This document shows positions 38,572 to 43,204 of a DNA stretch of 43,204 bases, piece after piece. The notes below the pieces were generated by a model. It was given only the letters and a program-made list of their open reading frames with translations, was not told the DNA's origin and ran no database searches. The stretch is from Balanoglossus misakiensis. Taxonomy: Eukaryota > Animalia > Hemichordata. Location: contig JBECUI020000064.1 of NCBI GenBank assembly GCA_040954595.2, positions 1 through 43,204 of the forward strand, written 5' to 3'. A program made the translations under genes and the position numbers. Positions within the stretch are counted from its first letter, which is position 1. Every line of letters starts with the position of its first letter.

Positions 38572-41500
38572 GTAAGTTTGATTCACTTTTTTTGCGTGTG
38601 TGTGCAGGCTTCCCAGAATGACAGTTATGAGACAGGGTTCGTGTCACCCTTCACTTGGTTTCCATGGTTTTATATGAAATCATTTGAGACCTGATAACCT
38701 ATATAGAATAAAGCTCTGGTAATGCAGCCTTGAATGGCTTTCAATCATGGAACTTAAGCTTGGGATCATGTCTGCTCATTTTCAAAAGATTTAGATGTCT
38801 TATGTGCGTATTGAGCTTAGTAGAGCATCTGAAGCAATAGAAGAAGCTTTTAGAGAAACTGGATGAGTATTTTTTTTACCAGCGAAGGGCTTTTTAATGT
38901 ACGTCATGGGTCTGACGACCTCAATATTTATGTGCAGTAGCCCTCATCAGGGCACACAGCAAAGTGACATTCTCTTCTGCTGTCGCTCATTACATCTCAA
39001 GAGGTTGAGAGGTCACATATCGCGTATATTGACCTTGTATTAGAGCGCCCTCATCGAACAACCATGCAAATATCGGGTGCATATACCGGTATATAATCCA
39101 TGCTGTTTATTATGATGGCTTTCTGTGCCTTTCTCTTTCATGCAAGAGCTGTTTGTGAAATTTGAGTTCCTTTCATGAAAAATCAATTGAAATCCATATC
39201 AATTTCAACAAATTATTGTCAAAAAGAAGTTGAAATACAGGGCATTCAGCTTGTGAACGCAGACTGTAACGTCCACACTAAACTAGCCCAGCTGTGCTTC
39301 ATTTATTTATTTTAAAGTATGATTTCCAGGCAAACCACTGTGCATGTAACCTGTTACACATAAAAAAGCGCAGATTGGTCATGAATTTCATTAAATGTCC
39401 AATGGAATTCCACCGGATCTTGAAAATCACCGCATCTTTGATAACATCTTGCAATGCAGGATTAATTTACATGTAGATGAAATCAGAGCCTCTATCAAAT
39501 TCACAGTCAAGTGTAATTGATTTGCAGATGAATACAGATGATAAAACCAAACTAATCTGTTTTCATCAGCGAAGATTAGATTGAGAGATAAGATAGTTCA
39601 TCTGAAGGGAAGCATGCACAGAAGTCATTCTTGCATACAATTTGGATCATGTAATTGAACCCTCAAATTTTATGAATGAAGTCAAATGATGATGATGATG
39701 ACAACTGCGGTGACGATAAAGATGTGATGATGATAACCACGAAACACGATCACACATTGTTCTGTTGCTTCCTGACTCTTGTATTAAATCCTTTTGTGAA
39801 TCCAGAGTTGTCAGACCTTCTTGGGCTCAGCAACCAGTGATGTTTTTTCTTCAATCCCAATTAATTTTCATGGATACTTTGTGCTGAGAAGGTTAGAGGA
39901 AGTCAACTTCCTATGCATTCAACTGAAATCCGAGTTTGAGTCCATGAAATGAATGTACAAAGTCTAATGACTTCCAAGTTGCCTTTATTAAATGTTAGTA
40001 ATTAAAGAAACTGGACTAACATGACATTTTCTTGAATTTTACATTTGAACGTGGCCAAAAGGTTTGCACAGGGCAATTAAACGGAAAGTTGTTTATTCAT
40101 CCGTGATGCATTGCAGCATCATGTGGTCATGTGGTCCGCAGGCCAACAAGAAGTAGAAACGTCTTATCACAGCATTCATGCTAGCGACTGGCAAGACACT
40201 TGCCTGCACTTACTGGCAAGTCTTGAGTGTTGGTGAAGTGCATGAAGCTACAGACAGTCCTTCAAAGGACATGATATTTGTAGAGACTGGAACTTGTTGA
40301 AGATAAGTGAAAAACAAGAAATTAAACACTGTCCGTCTCTTGGCTGAAGTGCTCTTGTGGTCTAGAATTAGTGTGAAGATACTTGTGCAGACACATTGAA
40401 CAGAATGAAACAAATGTCTCTCTTTGGTAGAGACTGAGTTAAGTGTGTCCCCCACTGATTGCAGATCATGGATGAAGATGAAATTCAATGGGGTGGGGGT
40501 GAGGGAGGCAATATTTGACTGTTGTGGGAAGGTGATTTTAATGTATTGTTATTTATAACGGATTTTTAAAGAAAAATAAAACTCAAGAGCGAAAACTTAA
40601 AAACAATTCTTTTGCAGGCTCGAATATAAATCACTGAGGAATAGGTGAGAAATGTTGACTTTGTCAGACCTACAATATTGTCTGTCGAGAACCTTTTGAA
40701 TAATGCCAGAATGAAGAACCAATGCTTCACACAAACAAATCATTTTGCCTGTGGGTTAGAAGAGAAAATTATTTCCTGTGTAGAGATCACTTCTGCAGGG
40801 GTGGCTCATCAATGATTCATATTGCCGGAAGATATTACAATAACCTTGCGAAAAATCTACTGTACTATAGATAAAAGTCCTTCAAAGCAAACAAAATAGT
40901 TCAGCAACCTGTCTGTTTTATGGCTAAAAATTATTGTGTATGGATGCTTCACCATATGTTTTCAAGTATGGATGTGGTAAATATGAAGTGAACACAGAGG
41001 GCGCCCAGGTATAAATTGTACCAGTGCTCAATCCCTCGTGACTATCTTACAGTTGCGTAGCGGCAGTCGCTCTTCTACTATCTATGATGATTTTCGCGAT
41101 ATGTTAGTTATGTTTCAAGTATATTCCAATTCATTCGACATGTTTTTAAAGACTATGTATGTTAACTCCAATATATAAGGTGTTAGGCAACTATATCGAC
41201 AACAAATTCGTGTTATGATAACATTGCCGAAAACTGTCTCAACCAACATACACAAATGAAGATTCAAAAGTGTTTTGAAAAAGTACCAACAGAGGGCGTT
41301 CTTTGAGAGACTGCAAAATCCCGAAACCCCAGTCTTCATGCCGTACGTCAAAAACTGCCCCGTAAATCTTTTCTTGATATTCTGCTGAATTAAATTTTAT
41401 CCAACACACGTCATGTGAGAAGCTTGGTTTCACAGCGGTCTGTTGTAAATGTCAGTCCTTATTAAATATTATTATTCTGTGTAAATTTGTGTGAACTTTT

Positions 41501-43204
41501 GTTCAATTTATCAAATGGTGCACTAATATGTACACTGTCTCAAGTTATGATTGTATGGGTAGAATGCATTTCACCCTTAGAATCAGAGGATTTAACCTTT
41601 CCACCTATATCCTCCCATCACCACCACTTGGTTTAAACTTTGTAGTCTTCAAAGGTATGGGTCAAACCATATACAGGGAAGTGGGGGATGAAATGGGTAT
41701 TGAGTCTCTGACTTTATTGAGAACTTCATCTTTTTGGCATGTCTGTATTGCTCATACAAACAGTCCAAAAGTGGCCAGATATGTCTTCTTTTTTCCAAGT
41801 ATGTGTCGGTCACTGGAACTGGTCAAATGACAGTGTCCGGCATATTTTGTGGGACAAGTTTTGGAAGGTGGAGATTTTACCCTCCTACGTTGTCATGAAG
41901 CGACTTACGCAGGTGCGAAACTCGTGACGTTTTTGTAAACATCCACTCCAAAAAAGCAAATAGTCCATTTCATCAAAGAATGCCACACACCCTCTTTGCT
42001 ATCGGAATTTGATAATAAAACATGTCATTCACAATGCTTAACAAGATTGAGAGAGATAGATGTTTGAAATATAGCTTTGAGGTTGACGGACAAGAAGATT
42101 ACCCAAAATCTGCCACTGATGGCAGCATAACATTTCTCCTCGCTTGGTGGCTCATCGGTTTCCGTTTCTTTGTGAGCTGAATGTCTCAAATTTATTTTTT
42201 TATTCATTAAACAACTAATTAATTGTTATCCATTTAGTGACCAGTTATATTAATTGTTTTGAAATACGACATATTTTGCTGTAAGCAAATTAAGGAATCA
42301 TTATTAGAGTAAAATTTTAAGGTTGTTTTTTATTAAAAATTATTAGTACATGTATATTTTTCAGATATTTGTCTTTAGCATATGATTCTTTTGATCAGTG
42401 TACACATTAAATGTCCAGCATGGCTATAAAATGTGCGAATCCCAAACTGGAGAACTGGTTTACTTGCAGCCAATTTGAGGGCCACTGTAAAATCTAGGAA
42501 CGCATGCAAATGAAACTTCCACAATGCACTCACTTTGTCAGATAGAAGCTGATAAAATTCTTGACATTTTGGGTTTTATCTGCCACTAAAAGTTATTATC
42601 GCCAGTTTATTTTCTTGCCATGAATGGGGCGAAATCAGTTGTTCAAACATGCATCTGTGTTGAAGACCCTCCAAAGTGGCCACTCATCACAGCTGTTTTT
42701 TGTGAATTCACATTTATCACGGGGCCTTTTTTCCTAGCTACAAACCTCCATGTCACTGCCGAGCATGGGGTAGGTGGGTAACACCTAGTTCATTGCGTAG
42801 CTACGCACTGTGTTCTTTGTTATTAATAATTAAACCCAATGAGACATCATAATCAGATTCTTAAAATGTCCCATGAAAACACATCTGTTCATTAGCTTGT
42901 TGATTTTGACACCTTTTACTGTGTATCTGACTGTAGAGTGTGAGACATGCCTGCCTCCTCGATCTCCCGCGCTGTCGTAAACTGCCAGTTTTTCAGACAG
43001 TACAAATTTTTCGGCCCTTTTCACTTGGTAATTGAAACTGTGCATCCCATTGACCTGAGGCTGGGGTCAACTGCATCAAAATTTTCAAGTGTGTGTGGAA
43101 AATCAGTAAAGTGTAAGGTACATGCAATCGGAGTAATTCAACACTAAATGTGCGGTGCATTAAAGAGCACACCAATAAATTATGACCTTACCTGTATCCA
43201 TAGA

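Noticed and set aside
40612-40650. Candidate INPP5A exon 5 after TTTTGCAG
   Set aside because: It reads ARI* in the required phase and lacks the expected ALGS-like motif.

Overview
Eukaryotic, AT-rich and intron-rich genomic DNA; gene content and repeat style suggest a marine invertebrate, possibly a lophotrochozoan (inference). Five spliced genes can be rebuilt by hand with consistent exon phases. (1) An unidentified minus-strand gene starts at 2744 and runs off the left edge. (2) eIF3a is complete on the minus strand: 20 exons, 1247 aa, one GC-AG intron. (3) DENND10/FAM45A is complete on the plus strand: 7 exons, 350 aa, head-to-head with eIF3a across 380 bp. (4) A compact, divergent TRPM/TRPS-like channel is complete on the plus strand: 25 exons, 1042 aa, with no C-terminal enzyme domain. 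(5) The first four coding exons of INPP5A lie on the plus strand, with an 11.8-kb first intron. There is no prokaryotic system, CRISPR array or intact transposon. Best leads: the channel's atypical pore, possible SNORA19-like H/ACA snoRNA relics in several eIF3a introns, the orphan gene with an RFX-like promoter, an 85-nt near-perfect hairpin and an X-box cluster in INPP5A intron 1, and a degenerate hammerhead-like motif. All calls come from manual reading; no searches were run.
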